Assembly (NCBI GenBank): GCA_964016885.1
Contig: OZ024754.1
Span: forward strand, 14,136,001-14,200,000
DNA from: Eledone cirrhosa
Lineage: Eukaryota
Length of the DNA stretch: 64,000 nt
Direction of reading: 5' to 3'
Below are positions 24,382-37,500 of this stretch, in pieces; position 1 is the stretch's first letter, and every line of letters begins with the position of its first letter. The notes under the pieces are model-generated. The model was not told the DNA's origin, made no database searches, and worked only from the letters and a program-made list of their open reading frames with translations. A program made the position numbers and the translations under genes.

Positions 24382-25000
24382 CTAATATTACTCCTGCCAC
24401 TCCCACCACACCTCCCATTACCCCACTATTACTCCCCTTCTAATATCACTCCCACCACACCTCCCATTACCCCACTATTACTCCCCTTCTAATATCACTC
24501 CCACCACGCCTCCCATTACCCCACTATTACTCCCCTTCTAATATCACTCCCACCACACCTCCCGTTACCCCACTATTACTCCCCATCTAATATCACTCCC
24601 ACCACACCTCCCGTTACCCCACTATTACTCCCCTTCTAATATCACTCCCACCACACCTCCCGTTACCCCACTATTACTCCCCTTCTAATATCACTCCCAC
24701 CACACCTCCCATTACCCCACTATTACTCCCCTTCTAATATCACTCCCACCACGCCTCCCATTACCCCACTATTACTCCCCTTCTAATATCACTCCCACCA
24801 CACCTCCCGTTACCCCACTATTACTCCCCATCTAATATCACTCCCACCACACCTCCCGTTACCCCACTATTACTCCCCTTCTAATATCACTCCCACCACA
24901 CCTCCCGTTACCCCACTATTACTCCCCTTCTAATATCACTCCCACCACACCTCCCATTACCCCACTATTACTCCCCTTCTCAACTAATGTCACTCCTACC
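24382..25000. repeat. 49-bp C-rich minisatellite, about 12 copies (DSCC1 intron 2)
   Basis: Unit CTAATATCACTCCCACCACACCTCCC(A/G)TTACCCCACTATTACTCCCCTT. Confidence 0.95.
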
Positions 25001-25117
25001 ACACCTTCCATACCCCCCCTCCCACATTAACATTATGGTTATTGTGATTATATCTTTTTGTTGTTTTATGTCTTCAATATTTAGTGTTTGCTGCTATGTT
25101 GTATATTTTATTTCTAG

Positions 25118-25280
25118 AGTAGTTCTCCGTGGGGACAAGACAGATGGTGCTGTACTGTGTATAAAAGAGAAAACATATGAACTAAAAGAAGCAGAAACGT
25201 CCAACTCTTTACTGATCTTGCCAGATTGTTCCACAGACAATCTGACATCTGCAGGTGAAATAACTATTAATCATCTTCAG
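25118..25280 (+). CDS. DSCC1: DSCC1 exon 3
   Basis: VVLRGDKTDGAVLCIKEKTYELKEAETSNSLLILP is the Dcc1 hallmark segment; TCTAG acceptor and CAG|GTGATT donor. Confidence 0.95.
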
Positions 25281-25549
25281 GTGATTTTTTTTTTTTTTTT
25301 TTTTTTTTGTTGTTCCTACTTATCATTGATTTTAATTTCTGCAATTAAACCAGCCATATCCAGCAGCCAGAATTCTCTCACCTCTTTCTGTTCAAATGGC
25401 TGTAACTGGCCACTCATACTGATGTTAAGGTATTCTCAAAATAAATAATAACAAAATCTCATAGATTCGATATTATGTGAGGTAAAGCCTTCACCACTAA
25501 AATACGGTAGTAAATATAGAGTAATGTAAATGCTATGATGCCATAATAG

Positions 25550-25730
25550 CTGTTTCTACTTTTGGCACAAGGCCAGCAATTACCCAGTATATTACTGGTA
25601 CTTTATTTTATCGACCCTGTAAGGATGAAAGGCAAAGTTAGCCTTGGCGGGATTTGAACTCAGTTCGTAAAGGGATGTAACTGTGCTGCAAAGCATGGCG
25701 TCTGACTCTACTGATACTGCCAATCCGATG
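25550..25730 (-). mobile_element. Family-A SINE, reverse orientation
   Basis: Reverse complement of the SINE core and A box. Confidence 0.8.
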
Positions 25731-25926
25731 CCATAATAACATGCACTCGGTAGAACATAGGACCATATAATTGTGATGAGGACCCTCTGGTCTGTCTAGG
25801 AGGTCAGTAGCATCATGTCAGTACTGTATTGGTCTGTGAAGACATGCACAACCCTGGCTAGCAAGGAAAACAGATGTTAAATGATGACTGAAAGGTCCTC
25901 TCAAACCATTTTGACATGTTTCTATG

Positions 25927-26515
25927 TATTATAACACAGTGTCACCACATTACACAGTATTATAACACAGTGTCACCACATTACACAGTATTATAACACA
26001 GTGTCACCACATTACACAGTATTATAACACAGTGTCACCTCATAACACAGTGTCACCACATTACACAGTATCATAACACAGTGTCACCACATTACACAGT
26101 ATTATAACACAGTGTCACCTCATAACACAGTGTCACCACATTACACAGTATCATAACACAGTGTCACCACATTACACAGTATTATAACACAGTGTCACCT
26201 CATAACACAGTGTCACCACATTACACAGTATCATAACACAGTGTCACCACATTACACAGTATTATAACACAGTGTCACCTCATAACACAGTGTCACCACA
26301 TTACACAGTATCATAACACAGTGTCACCACATTACACAGTATCATAACATAGTGTCACCACATTACACAGTATTATAACATAGTGTCACCACATTACACA
26401 GTATCATAACATAGTGTCACCACATTACACAGTATCATAACATAGTGTCACCACATTACACAGTATTATAACACAGTATCATAACGCAGTGTCACCACAT
26501 TACACAGTGTCACCT
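25927..26515. repeat. 31-bp minisatellite with interspersed 20-bp truncated units
   Basis: Unit ATTATAACACAGTGTCACCACATTACACAGT. Confidence 0.93.
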
Positions 26516-26565
26516 GTGTTTCCTATAAACCTTTTACTTAATTTTCTAATTTTGTTTCTCCACAG

Positions 26566-26700
26566 GTTGTTTCTTCATTGAAGACTTACTATGAAATGAA
26601 ACCTTGTAGAGCAAGACTGGAAAAACTAAGACATTTGCTGGAAGAAAATATATACAGTGGTGAGGAGTGGGAAAATGATGAAACACATCAGGGCAGAAAG
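26566..26700 (+). CDS. DSCC1: DSCC1 exon 4
   Basis: YYEMKPCRARLEKLRHLLEENIYSG; CACAG acceptor and AAG|GTGGAG donor. Confidence 0.92.
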
Positions 26701-26903
26701 GTGGAGTTTGATATTTATTTTCATATAAATGTATGTGAGAGAGTATTATGATGCTGGTAGATAGGAAATGTGAAGTTGTTTACCTTGCCAACCCTGCCCG
26801 TAACATCACTGTTAACTAACAATGTAATCCATGAAACCTACTCACCCAAACCCTGGCCAGAAATGTCTGGGTCTTTTAAAGGCTCATTGAAATACATCAT
26901 CGT

Positions 26904-27567
26904 TTAACCCGTTAGTGTTCAAACCAGCCAAAACCGGCCAGAGTTCTCTACCTCTTTCTGTTGAAACTGGCTGTAACTGGTCGCTCAAACTGATGTTAAG
27001 GTATTGTTCTCAAAATAAATACTTTCAAAATCTCAGATTCGATATTATATGAGATAATTATGTGAGGTAAAGCCTTTACCATGAAAATATAATAGTATAT
27101 ATAGAGTAATGTAAATGTTATGTGAGATAATTATGTGAGGTAAAGCCTTTACCATGAAAATATAATAGTATATATAGAGTAATGTAAATGTTATGTGAGA
27201 TAATTATGTGAGGTAAAGCCTTTACCATGAAAATATAATAGTATATATAGAGTAATGTAAATGTTATGTGAGATAATTATGTGAGGTAAAGCCTTTACCA
27301 TGAAAATATAATAGTATATATAGAGTAATGTAAATGTTATGTGAGATAATTATGTGAGGTAAAGCCTTTACCATGAAAATATAATAGTATATATAGAGTA
27401 ATGTAAATGTTATGTGAGATAATTATGTGAGGTAAAGCCTTTACCATGAAAATATAATAGTATATATAGAGTAATGTAAATGTTATGTGAGATAATTATG
27501 TGAGGTAAAGCCTTTACCATGAAAATATAATAGTATATATAGAGTAATGTGAATGCTAAAAGGTTAA
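26904..27567. mobile_element. TTAA-flanked MITE containing an internal 73-bp x7 tandem expansion (27051-27553)
   Basis: TTAACCCGTTAG...CTAAAAGGTTAA; essentially identical 73-bp units starting GAGATAATTATGTGAGG. Confidence 0.85.
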
Positions 27568-27854
27568 TGTCCATCTTCCATGCTAGCATGGGTAGGACAA
27601 TACAACAATTAGCTAAAACTTATTCCACTAACTCTGATAGAGATTGAACCTCTACAGATTATGGTCAGAAACTGAACCACCAGAAGAGATTCCCATACTA
27701 TCAATAGTTTCCTTCCACTCATGTGGCATCATTCTTTCTAATACTTCTGGCATGTCACCTGAAAAGGAGACCCCTAACCCTTCCCCCTCCGCTCAGCGAA
27801 GGTCACTCATCTTCTGACATGCTACCTTTAACACCACAATGATGGTGGGTCTTC

Positions 27855-28525
27855 ACCTAGAGTCCATCTCTCTCTCTATCTCTCTCCCTCCCCCATGTCT
27901 GGTAGACTCCATCTCCCTCTCTCTCTCTCCCCAAGTCTGGTAGACCCCATCTCCCTCTCTCTCCCCAAGTATGGTAGACTCCATCTCCCTCTCCCCAAGT
28001 ATGGGAGAGTCCATATCTTTCTCTCTCCCCAAGTATGGTAGTCTCTCTCTCTCTCCAAGTCTGGTAGACTCCCTCTCTCTCTCCCCAAGTATGGTAGAGT
28101 CCATATCTCTCTCTCTCTTCCCCCAAGACTGGTAGAGTCCATCTTTCTCCCTCCCCCCAAGTCTGGTAGAGTCCATATTTCTCTCTCTCCCCAAGTATGG
28201 TAGAGTCCATCCCTCTCTCTCCCCAAGCCTGGTAGATTCCATCTTTCTCTCTCCCTCTCTCTCTCCCCAAGTCTGGTAGAGTCCATCTCTCTCTTCCCAA
28301 TTCTGGTAGAGTCCATATCTCTCTCTTTCTCCCCAAGTATGGTAGAGTCCATCCCTCTCTCTCCCAAGCCTGGTAAAGTCCATCTTTCTCTTTCTCTCTC
28401 CCCAAGTATAGAATCCATCTCTCTCTCTATCCCCAAGTCAATCTGGTAGAGTCTCCCTCTCTATCTCCAAGCCTGGTAGAGTCCATTTCTCTCTATGTCA
28501 GTCTGAAAGAGTCCATTTCTCTCCA
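27855..28525. repeat. Degenerate CT-rich minisatellite of about 35-40 bp
   Basis: Core CCCCAAGT(C/A)TGGTAGAGTCCATC plus variable (TC)n. Confidence 0.9.
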
Positions 28526-28634
28526 AGCTATATATTTCCAAATTTCAAATTTCTCAATACTTCATAAGCAAAAAACAAAAACCCCTGCATAGAAGATTTG
28601 TTTGATAACAAAGATATTGTTTTCTACATGACAG

Positions 28635-28725
28635 TACACCACAGAGAACCTTCTTGAAATTGTCCAAGCCAGTGAGACAGAACTGTTTGCAGAACTAAAG
28701 AAGTTAAACATTTGTTTTATAAAGG
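28635..28725 (+). CDS. DSCC1: DSCC1 exon 5
   Basis: YTTENLLEIVQASETELFAELKKLNICFIK; GACAG acceptor and G|GTAAGT donor. Confidence 0.93.
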
Positions 28726-28933
28726 GTAAGTAGCTGTTGTTGTTTATATTCTTGTTGTATATCATAGAGTGAACAGTATTGAACTATAATTTTGGTGGAA
28801 GATGTAACCCAGCAACCAGTTTAATACTAACTGACTCATCAATGCCTTTAGTGAGGTACACTTTGTATGAAGCATTCATGTGTTGGCAACTGAGAGGTGA
28901 GTATATGTCCCCCCCCCCTTTCTATGTTATATA

Positions 28934-31040
28934 GTGTGTGTGTATCACAGAGATGGGGGATGGTCTGATATGATGTCTACAGTGAAGCAACCCTTGCTAA
29001 TGGTTCTCTGTCGGTGTGTGTGTATCACAGAGATGGGGGATGGTCTGATATGATGTCTACAGTGAAGCAACCCTTGCTAATGGTTCTCTGTCGGTGTGTG
29101 TGTATCACAGAGATGGGGGATGGTCTGATATGATGTCTACAGTGAAGCAACCCTTGCTAATGGTTCTCTGTCGGTGTGTGTGTATCACAGAGATGGGGGA
29201 TGGTCTGATATGATGTCTACAGTGAAGCAACCCTTGCTAATGGTTCTTTGTCAGTGTGTGTGTATCACAGATTTGGGGGAAGGTCTGATATGATGTCTAC
29301 AGTGAAGCAACCCTTGTTAATGGTTCTTTGTCAGTGTGTGTATCACAGAGATGGGGGAAGGTCTGATATATCTACAGTGAAGCAACCCTTGCTAATGGTT
29401 CTCTGTCAGTGTGTGTATCACAGATTTGGGAAGGTCTGATATATCTACAGTGAAGCAACTCTTACTAATGGTTCTTTGTCAGTGTGTGTATCACAGATTT
29501 GGGAAGGTCTGATATATCTACAGTGAAGTAACCCTTACTAATGGTTCTTTGTCAGTGTGTGTATCACAGAGATGGGGGAAGGTCTGATATATCTACAGTG
29601 AAGCAACCCTTACTAATGGTTCTTTGTCAGTGTGTGTGTATCACAGAGATGGGGGATGGTCTGATATATCTACAGTGAAGCAACCCTTACTAATGGTTCT
29701 TTGTCGGTGTGTGTGTATCACAGATTTGGGGGAAGGTCTGATATATCTACAGTGAAGCAACCCTTACTAATGGTTCTTTGTCAGTGTGTGTGTATCACAG
29801 ATTTGGGAAGGTCTGATATATCTACAGTGAAGCAACCCTTACTAATGGTTCTTTGTCAGTGTGTGTATCACAGATTTGGGAAGGTCTGATATATCTACAG
29901 TGAAGCAACCCTTACTAATGGTTCTCTGTCAGTGTGTGTGTATCACAGATTTGGGAAGGTCTGATATATCTACAGTGAAGCAACCCTTACTAATGGTTCT
30001 TTGTCAGTGTGTGTATCACAGATTTGGGAAGGTCTGATATATCTACAGTGAAGCAACCCTTACTAATGGTTCTCTGTCAGTGTGTGTGTATCACAGATTT
30101 GGGAAGGTCTGATATATCTACAGTGAAGCAACCCTTACTAATGGTTCTTTGTCAGTGTGTGTGTATCACAGATTTGGGAAGGTCTGATATATCTACAGTG
30201 AAGTAACCCTTACTAATGGTTCTCTGTCAGTGTGTGTGTATCACAGATTTGGGAAGGTCTGATATATCTACAGTGAAGCAACCCTTACTAATGGTTCTCT
30301 GTCAGTGTGTGTATCACAGATTTGGGAAGGTCTGATATATCTACAGTGAAGCAACCCTTACTAATGGTTCTTTGTCAGTGTGTGTATCACAGATTTGGGA
30401 AGGTCTGATATATCTACAGTGAAGTAACCCTTACTAATGGTTCTTTGTCAGTGTGTGTATCACAGAGATGGGGGAAGGTCTGATATATCTACAGTGAAGC
30501 AACCCTTACTAATGGTTCTTTGTCAGTGTGTGTGTATCACAGAGATGGGGGAAGGCCTGATATATCTACAGTGAAGCAACCCTTACTAATGGTTCTTTGT
30601 CGGTGTGTGTGTGTATCACAGATTTGGGAAGGTCTGATATATCTACAGTGAAGCAACCCTTACTAATGGTTCTCTGTCGGTGTGTGTGTATCACAGAGAT
30701 GGGAAGGTCTGATATATCTACAGTGAAGCAACCCTTACTAATGGTTCTCTGTCAGTGTGTGTATCACAGAGATGGGAAGGTCTGATATATCTACAGTGAA
30801 GCAACCCTTACTAATGGTTCTTTGTCAGTGTGTGTATCACAGATTTGGGAAGGTCTGATATATCTACAGTGAAGCAACCCTTACTAATGGTTCTCTGTCA
30901 GTGTGTGTATCACAGAGATGGGAAGGTCTGATATATCTACAGTGAAGCAACCCTTACTAATGGTTCTTTGTCAGTGTGTGTATCACAGAGATGGGAAGGT
31001 CTGATATATCTACAGTGAAGCAACTCTTACTAATCGCTCT
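28934..31040. repeat. 73-80-bp minisatellite, about 28 copies, filling most of DSCC1 intron 5
   Basis: Unit (GT)nATCACAGATTTGGGAAGGTCTGATATATCTACAGTGAAGCAACCCTTACTAATGGTTCTTTGTCA. Confidence 0.95.
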
Positions 31041-31061
31041 CTGCTTTTTTTTTTTTAACAG

Positions 31062-31203
31062 GTTATTGGCGCATGCTTGATTTTGATTTCAAAAGCCAGG
31101 TTCTTTCCCACATCTTACAGCTGAGTGAAGAGGAAAATGGATGGATGGATTCTGGAATTCCATTGGATGCTTGTTGTGAAGTACTTGAGGAACTTTACCT
31201 TAG
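31062..31203 (+). CDS. DSCC1: DSCC1 exon 6
   Basis: GYWRMLDFDF...HILQL...IPLDACCEVL; poly-T + AACAG acceptor and AG|GTTAGT donor. Confidence 0.94.
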
Positions 31204-31391
31204 GTTAGTTAGATTTATTTGGCAATAATTAGTTTGTTAGAACATCAGACAAAGGATGATAGATTGGTAGAATCAGTAGAACATTGGAAAAAATGCCATG
31301 TTGTTAACTTTTCAATATGAATTTCAAACCATTTATCTGCTACTGGTTAACATATCATTTGTTTTGAACTCTTTGTATTTCTTTTTAAAAG

Positions 31392-31447
31392 GTGTGTCAT
31401 AGAACATGTTCTCCAGTGTTACAGTGATGAATGTCCTAATTTAACAG
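31392..31447 (+). CDS. DSCC1: DSCC1 exon 7
   Basis: CVIEHVLQCYS; phases fit both neighbours; G|GTGAGA donor. Confidence 0.88.
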
Positions 31448-31517
31448 GTGAGATACAGTTAACATGCTTTCTGTTTTATTTTGTTTGTATTCATGCTAAT
31501 GTTTATATATATATATA

Positions 31518-31843
31518 AAGGCACATGGCTTAGTGGTTAGAGCATTGGCCTTGCAATTGAAAGGTTGTGAGTTCAATTCTCAAACCGGGTAATGTGTTAT
31601 TTCCTTGTTGTTTCACATTGCTCCAGTTTACTCAGCTGTAGAAATGAGATGATAGGGACTGGGGTCCATATCATTCCACTGTAAAGTGGACATGGAGGTG
31701 CCACGGAAAAAAGCACCCAGCACTCACTGTAAATGAGGTTGGTGTTAGGAAGGGCATCCAGCTGTAGAAATCAAGCCAGAATCAGTTCCCCTCCCACCCT
31801 TGCAAGCAGGAAAAAAGCGGACGTAAAATGAAATGAAATGAAA
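31518..31843 (+). mobile_element. tRNA-headed SINE (family B) with an RTE-like 3' tail
   Basis: GGCACATGGCTTAGTGGTTAGAGC...GTTCAATTC head; tail AAGGGCATCCAGCTGTAGAAA...GCGGACGTAAAATGA. Confidence 0.8.
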
Positions 31844-32353
31844 TATATACACAAAAATATATATACAACAAAAAGCACCCAGTCCACACTGTAACATGGT
31901 CGTGTAGGCTACACAGAATAAAGCAGCCACAGAAACCAACCCAACATCATTTCTGTGTGGGTGAATCATTGTCTCCCTACCTGATCCCTCACATAGGGAC
32001 AGACTGTCCTACCCATGCTAGCATGGAAGATGGACGTTAAACGATGATGATATATATATATATATATATGCATACACACATATATACACGTGATGTTGAA
32101 GGACGTGAGAATGAGTACTCAATATCAGAGAAGAGTTTAACAATATTCTTTCTTTATTATGGGTTTCACCTGTATACTCACAGGATCATCTGTGATTATA
32201 CAGGTGAAACTCAAGAGTAACAAGACATCACTTAGCCATAATGAAGAATATTATATATGTATGGACAAGGTGTCAAATTTTGATTAAGTTTATTCAGGTG
32301 TGATGCACCCTAAACTATATATAATATAATCATCATCCTGATATATAATATAT

Positions 32354-32690
32354 CATCATCATCATCATTTTACGTCCACTTTTCTCTGCTTGCAAGGGTG
32401 GGACGGGAACTGATTTTGGCTTGATTTCTACAGCTGGATGCCCTTCCTAACACCAACCTCATTTACAGTGAGTGCTGGGTGCTTTTTTGCCGTGGCACCT
32501 CCACGACCACTTTACAGTGGAATGATAGGGATCCCAGTCCCTATCATCTCATTTCTACAGCTGAGTAAACTGGAGCAATGTGAAATAAAGTGTCTTGCTC
32601 AAGGAAACAACACATCACCCGGTCTGAGAATTGAACTCACAACCTTTCGATTGCAAGACCAATGCTCTAACCACTAAGCCATGTGCCTCC
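32354..32690 (-). mobile_element. Family-B SINE, inverted relative to the 31518 copy
   Basis: Reverse complement of 31518-31843 over about 330 bp. Confidence 0.8.
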
Positions 32691-33123
32691 ATATATATAT
32701 AACAATTTGAAAAAGTGTCTCCTGTAGCTAAGATCATACAAAATGTATAAAAAGAGGTGGGCAAAGACAACAGAAAAAATGGACGAAACACAGAGCAGTC
32801 CCTTCTCATCAGTTGACTACTGAAGGTTCTTGTGATTTTGGTACTTTAAGGTCAATACAATTAGCTCCACTACACATGGCACAGTAGTAATAAATGAACA
32901 CGAGACAGTACGTGTGTGTGTGTTTACATTTCAGTTTGTGTTTATGTCCCGTAACTTAGTGATTCAACAAAAATGGGATTGATAAAATAAGTAGCAGCTT
33001 TGATAAAATAAGTGCTGGGGTTGATATGATTGATTAAATCAAAGCGATGCTCCGTCATGGCTGCAGTCTGTTGACTTTAACAAGTAAAAGAATATAAGAA
33101 TTGATTTTTTTTTCATTCTTCAG

Positions 33124-33197
33124 GAAAGCTCTACAAACTGAATGAAGATAAGGTCTGTGCTTTCTTTGCTGAACTGACACTAAGGAATGCTGGGAAG
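33124..33197 (+). CDS. DSCC1: DSCC1 exon 8
   Basis: KLYKLNEDKVCAFFAELTLRNAGK; TTCAG acceptor and AAG|GTAATG donor. Confidence 0.92.
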
Positions 33198-33444
33198 GTA
33201 ATGTATTTTAATCCTTTAGCATTTACATTACTCTAGATATACTATTGTATGTCCATGATAAAGCTTTAACCTCACATAATATCGAATCTATGAGATTTTG
33301 ATATTATTTATTTTGAGAATATACCTTAACATCAGTATGAGCGGCCAGTTTGAACAGAAAGAGGTGAGAGAATTCTGGCCAGATACAACTGGTTTAAATG
33401 CTAAAAGGTTAAACTGTCTTCTCACTAGATCTGTTAACCTACTT

Positions 33445-34328
33445 CATACACATATACACTTGCACACACTCACATATACACTTGCACACACTCACATACA
33501 CACACCATACACATATACACTTGCACACACTCACATACACACACCATACACATATACACTTGCACACACTCACATACACCATACACATATACACTTGCAT
33601 ACACTCACATACACCACACACCATACACATATACACTTGCACACACTCACATACACACATACACTTGCACACACTCACATACACCATACATATATACACT
33701 TGCACACACTCACATACACATATACACTTGCACACACTCACATACACACAACATACACATATACACTTGCACACACTCACATACACCATACACATATACA
33801 CTTGCACACACTCACATACACCACACACCATACACATATACACTTGCACACACTCACATACACACACCATACACATATACACTTGCACATACACACACAC
33901 CATACACATTTACACACACACCATACACATATACAGTTGCACACACTCACATACACACACCATACACATATACACTTGCACATACTCACATACACACACA
34001 CCATACACATTTACACACACACCATACACATATACACTTGCACACACTCACATACACATATACACTTACACACACTCACATACACACACACCATTCACAT
34101 ATACACTTGCACACACTCACATACACATATACACTCACATACACACACCATACACATATACACTTGCACACACTCACATACACACACCATACACATATAT
34201 ACTTGCATACACTCACACCATACACATATACACTTGCACACACTCACATATACACTTGCATACACTCACACCATACACATATACACTTGCACACACTCAC
34301 ATACACACACCATACACATGCACACATA
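33445..34328. repeat. Complex (CA/TA) satellite
   Basis: Variable units CATACACATATACACTTGCACACACTCACATACAC. Confidence 0.93.
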
Positions 34329-34496
34329 ACTCTTGCTAGAAGAGAGAACAGATGTTAAATGATGATTATGATGATGACATACACACAGACACACACACAC
34401 ACATACATGTACACACACAGACACGTACACACACATACATGTACACACAGACACATTGAGATATTATATAATTGTAATGTTTTTTTTTCTTTTCAG

Positions 34497-34574
34497 TTCA
34501 ACTTAGCTGAGTTCTTGGAGGTGTGGAAGCAGTGTGTCCCTGAGGGGATGAGACCTGACTTAAGGCAGACGGAG
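34497..34574 (+). CDS. DSCC1: DSCC1 exon 9
   Basis: FNLAEFLEVWKQCVPEGM is highly conserved in DCC1; TTTCAG acceptor and GAG|GTATGA donor. Confidence 0.96.
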
Positions 34575-34579
34575 GTATG

Positions 34580-37500
34580 ATCATCACTATCATCATTATC
34601 ATCACCATCACTATCATTATCATCACCATCACTATCATTATCATCACCATCACTATCATTATCATTATTATCAACACCATCACTATCATTATCATCACCA
34701 TCACTATCATTATTATCAACACCATCACTATCATTATCATCACCATCACTATCATTATTATCAACACCATCACTATCATTATCATCACCATCACTATCAT
34801 TATTATCAACACCATCACTATCATTATCATCACCATCACTATCATTATCATCACCATCACTATCATTATCATTATTATCAACACCATCACTATCATTATC
34901 ATCACCATCACTATCATTATCATTATTATCAACACCATCACTATCATTATCATCACCATCACTATCATTATCATTATTATCAACACCATCACTATCATTA
35001 TCATCACCATCACTATCATTATTATCAACACCATCACTATCATTATCATCACCATCACTATCATTATCAACACCATCACTATCATTATCAACACCATCAC
35101 TATCATTATCAACACCATCACTATCATTATCAACACCATCACTATCATTATCAACACCAACACTATCATTATCAACACCATCACTATCATTATCAACACC
35201 ATCACTATCACCATCACTATCATTATCAACACCATCACTATCATTATCAACACCATCATCATCATTATCAACACCATCATCATCATTATCAACACCATCA
35301 CCATCATTATCAACACCATCACTATCATTATCAACACCATCACTATCATTATCAACACCATCACTATCACTATCATCACTATCATTATCATCACCATCAC
35401 CATCATTATCAACACCATCACCATCATTATCAACACCATCACTATCATCATTATCAACACCATCACTATCATCATTATCAACACCATCACTATCATTATC
35501 AACACTATCATTATCATCACCATCACCATCATTATCAACACCATCACCATCATTATCAACACCATCACTATCAACACCATCACTATCATTATCAACACCA
35601 TCACTATCATCATTATCAACACCATCACCATCATTATCAACACCACCATCATCATTATCAACACCATCACTATCATTATCAACACCATCACCATCATTAT
35701 CAACACCATCACTATCATCATTATCAACACCATCACCATCATTATCAACACCACCATCATCATTATCAACACCATCACTATCATTATCAACACCATCATC
35801 ATCATTATCAACACCATCACTATCATTATCAACACCATCACTATCATTATCAACACCATCACCATCATTATCAACACCATCACCATCATTATCAACACCA
35901 TCACTATCATCATTATCAACACCATCACCATCATTATCAACACCACCATCATCATTATCAACACTATCACTATCATTATCAACACTATCATCATCATTAT
36001 CAACACCATCACTATCATTATCAACACCATCACTATCATTATCAACACCATCACCATCATTAACAACACCATCACTATCATTATCAACACCATCATCATC
36101 ATTATCAACACCATCACCATCATTATCATCACCATCACTATCATTATCAACACTATCATTATCAACACCATCACTATCATTATCAACACCATCACCATCA
36201 TTACCATCACTATCATTATCAACACCATCAGCATCATTATCATCACCATCACTATCATTATCAACACCATCACTATCATTATCAACACCATCACTATCAT
36301 TATCAACACCATCACTATCATTATCAACACCATCACTATCATTATCAACACCATCACTATCATTATCAACACCATCACCATCATTATCATCACCATCACT
36401 ATCATTATCAACACCATCACTATCATTATCATCACCATCACTATCATTATCATTATTATCAACACCATCACTATCATTATCATCACCATCACTATCATCA
36501 TTATCAACACCATCACTATCACTATCATCACCATCACTATCATTATCATTATTATCAACACCATCACTATCATTATCATCACCATCACTATCATTATCAT
36601 CACCATCACTATCATTATCATTATTATCAACACCATCACTATCATTATCATCACCATCACTATCATTATTATCAACACCATCACTATCATTATCATCACC
36701 ATCACTATCATTATCAACACCATCACTATCATTATCAACACCATCACTATCATTATCAACACCATCACTATCATTATCAACACTATCATTATCAACACTA
36801 TCATTATCAACACCAACACTATCATTATCAACACCAACACTATCATTATCAACACCATCACTATCATTATCAACACCAACACTATCATTATCAACACCAT
36901 CACTATCATTATCAACACCATCACTATCACCATCACTATCATTATCAACACCATCACTATCATTATCAACACCATCATCATCATTATCAACACCATCATC
37001 ATCATTATCAACACCATCACCATCATTATCAACACCATCACTATCATTATCAACACCATCACTATCATTATCAACACCATCACTATCACTATCAACACCA
37101 TCACTATCATTATCATCACCATCACCATCATTATCAACACCATCACCATCATTATCAACACCATCACTATCATCATTATCAACACCATCACTATCATTAT
37201 CAACACCATCACTATCATTATCATCACCATCACCATCATTATCATCACCATCACCATCATTATCAACACCATCACTATCATTATCAACACCATCACTATC
37301 ATCATTATCAACACCATCACCATCATTATCAACACCACCATCATCATTATCAACACCATCACTATCATTATCAACACCATCATCATCATTATCAACACCA
37401 TCACTATCATTATCAACACCATCACTATCATTATCAACACCATCACCATCACCATCATTATCAACACCATCACCATCATTATCAACACCATCACTATCAT

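Noticed and set aside
27853-28436. Three overlapping minus-strand ERERE-rich ORFs
   Set aside because: They come from a GA/CT-rich minisatellite open in all three frames.
28934-31040. CRISPR-like regular repeats (also 27855-28525 and 60525-60935)
   Set aside because: There are no unique spacers and no cas genes, and the context is a eukaryotic intron; these are plain tandem repeats.
31518-31590. tRNA-like sequences (also at 1014, 10673, 42305, 44604 and 61090)
   Set aside because: The A/B boxes continue into SINE bodies and tails, and the acceptor stems are not intact; these are SINE heads, not tRNA genes.
33298-34454. His/Thr-rich and Cys/Val-rich ORFs
   Set aside because: They are translations of (CA)n-type microsatellite.
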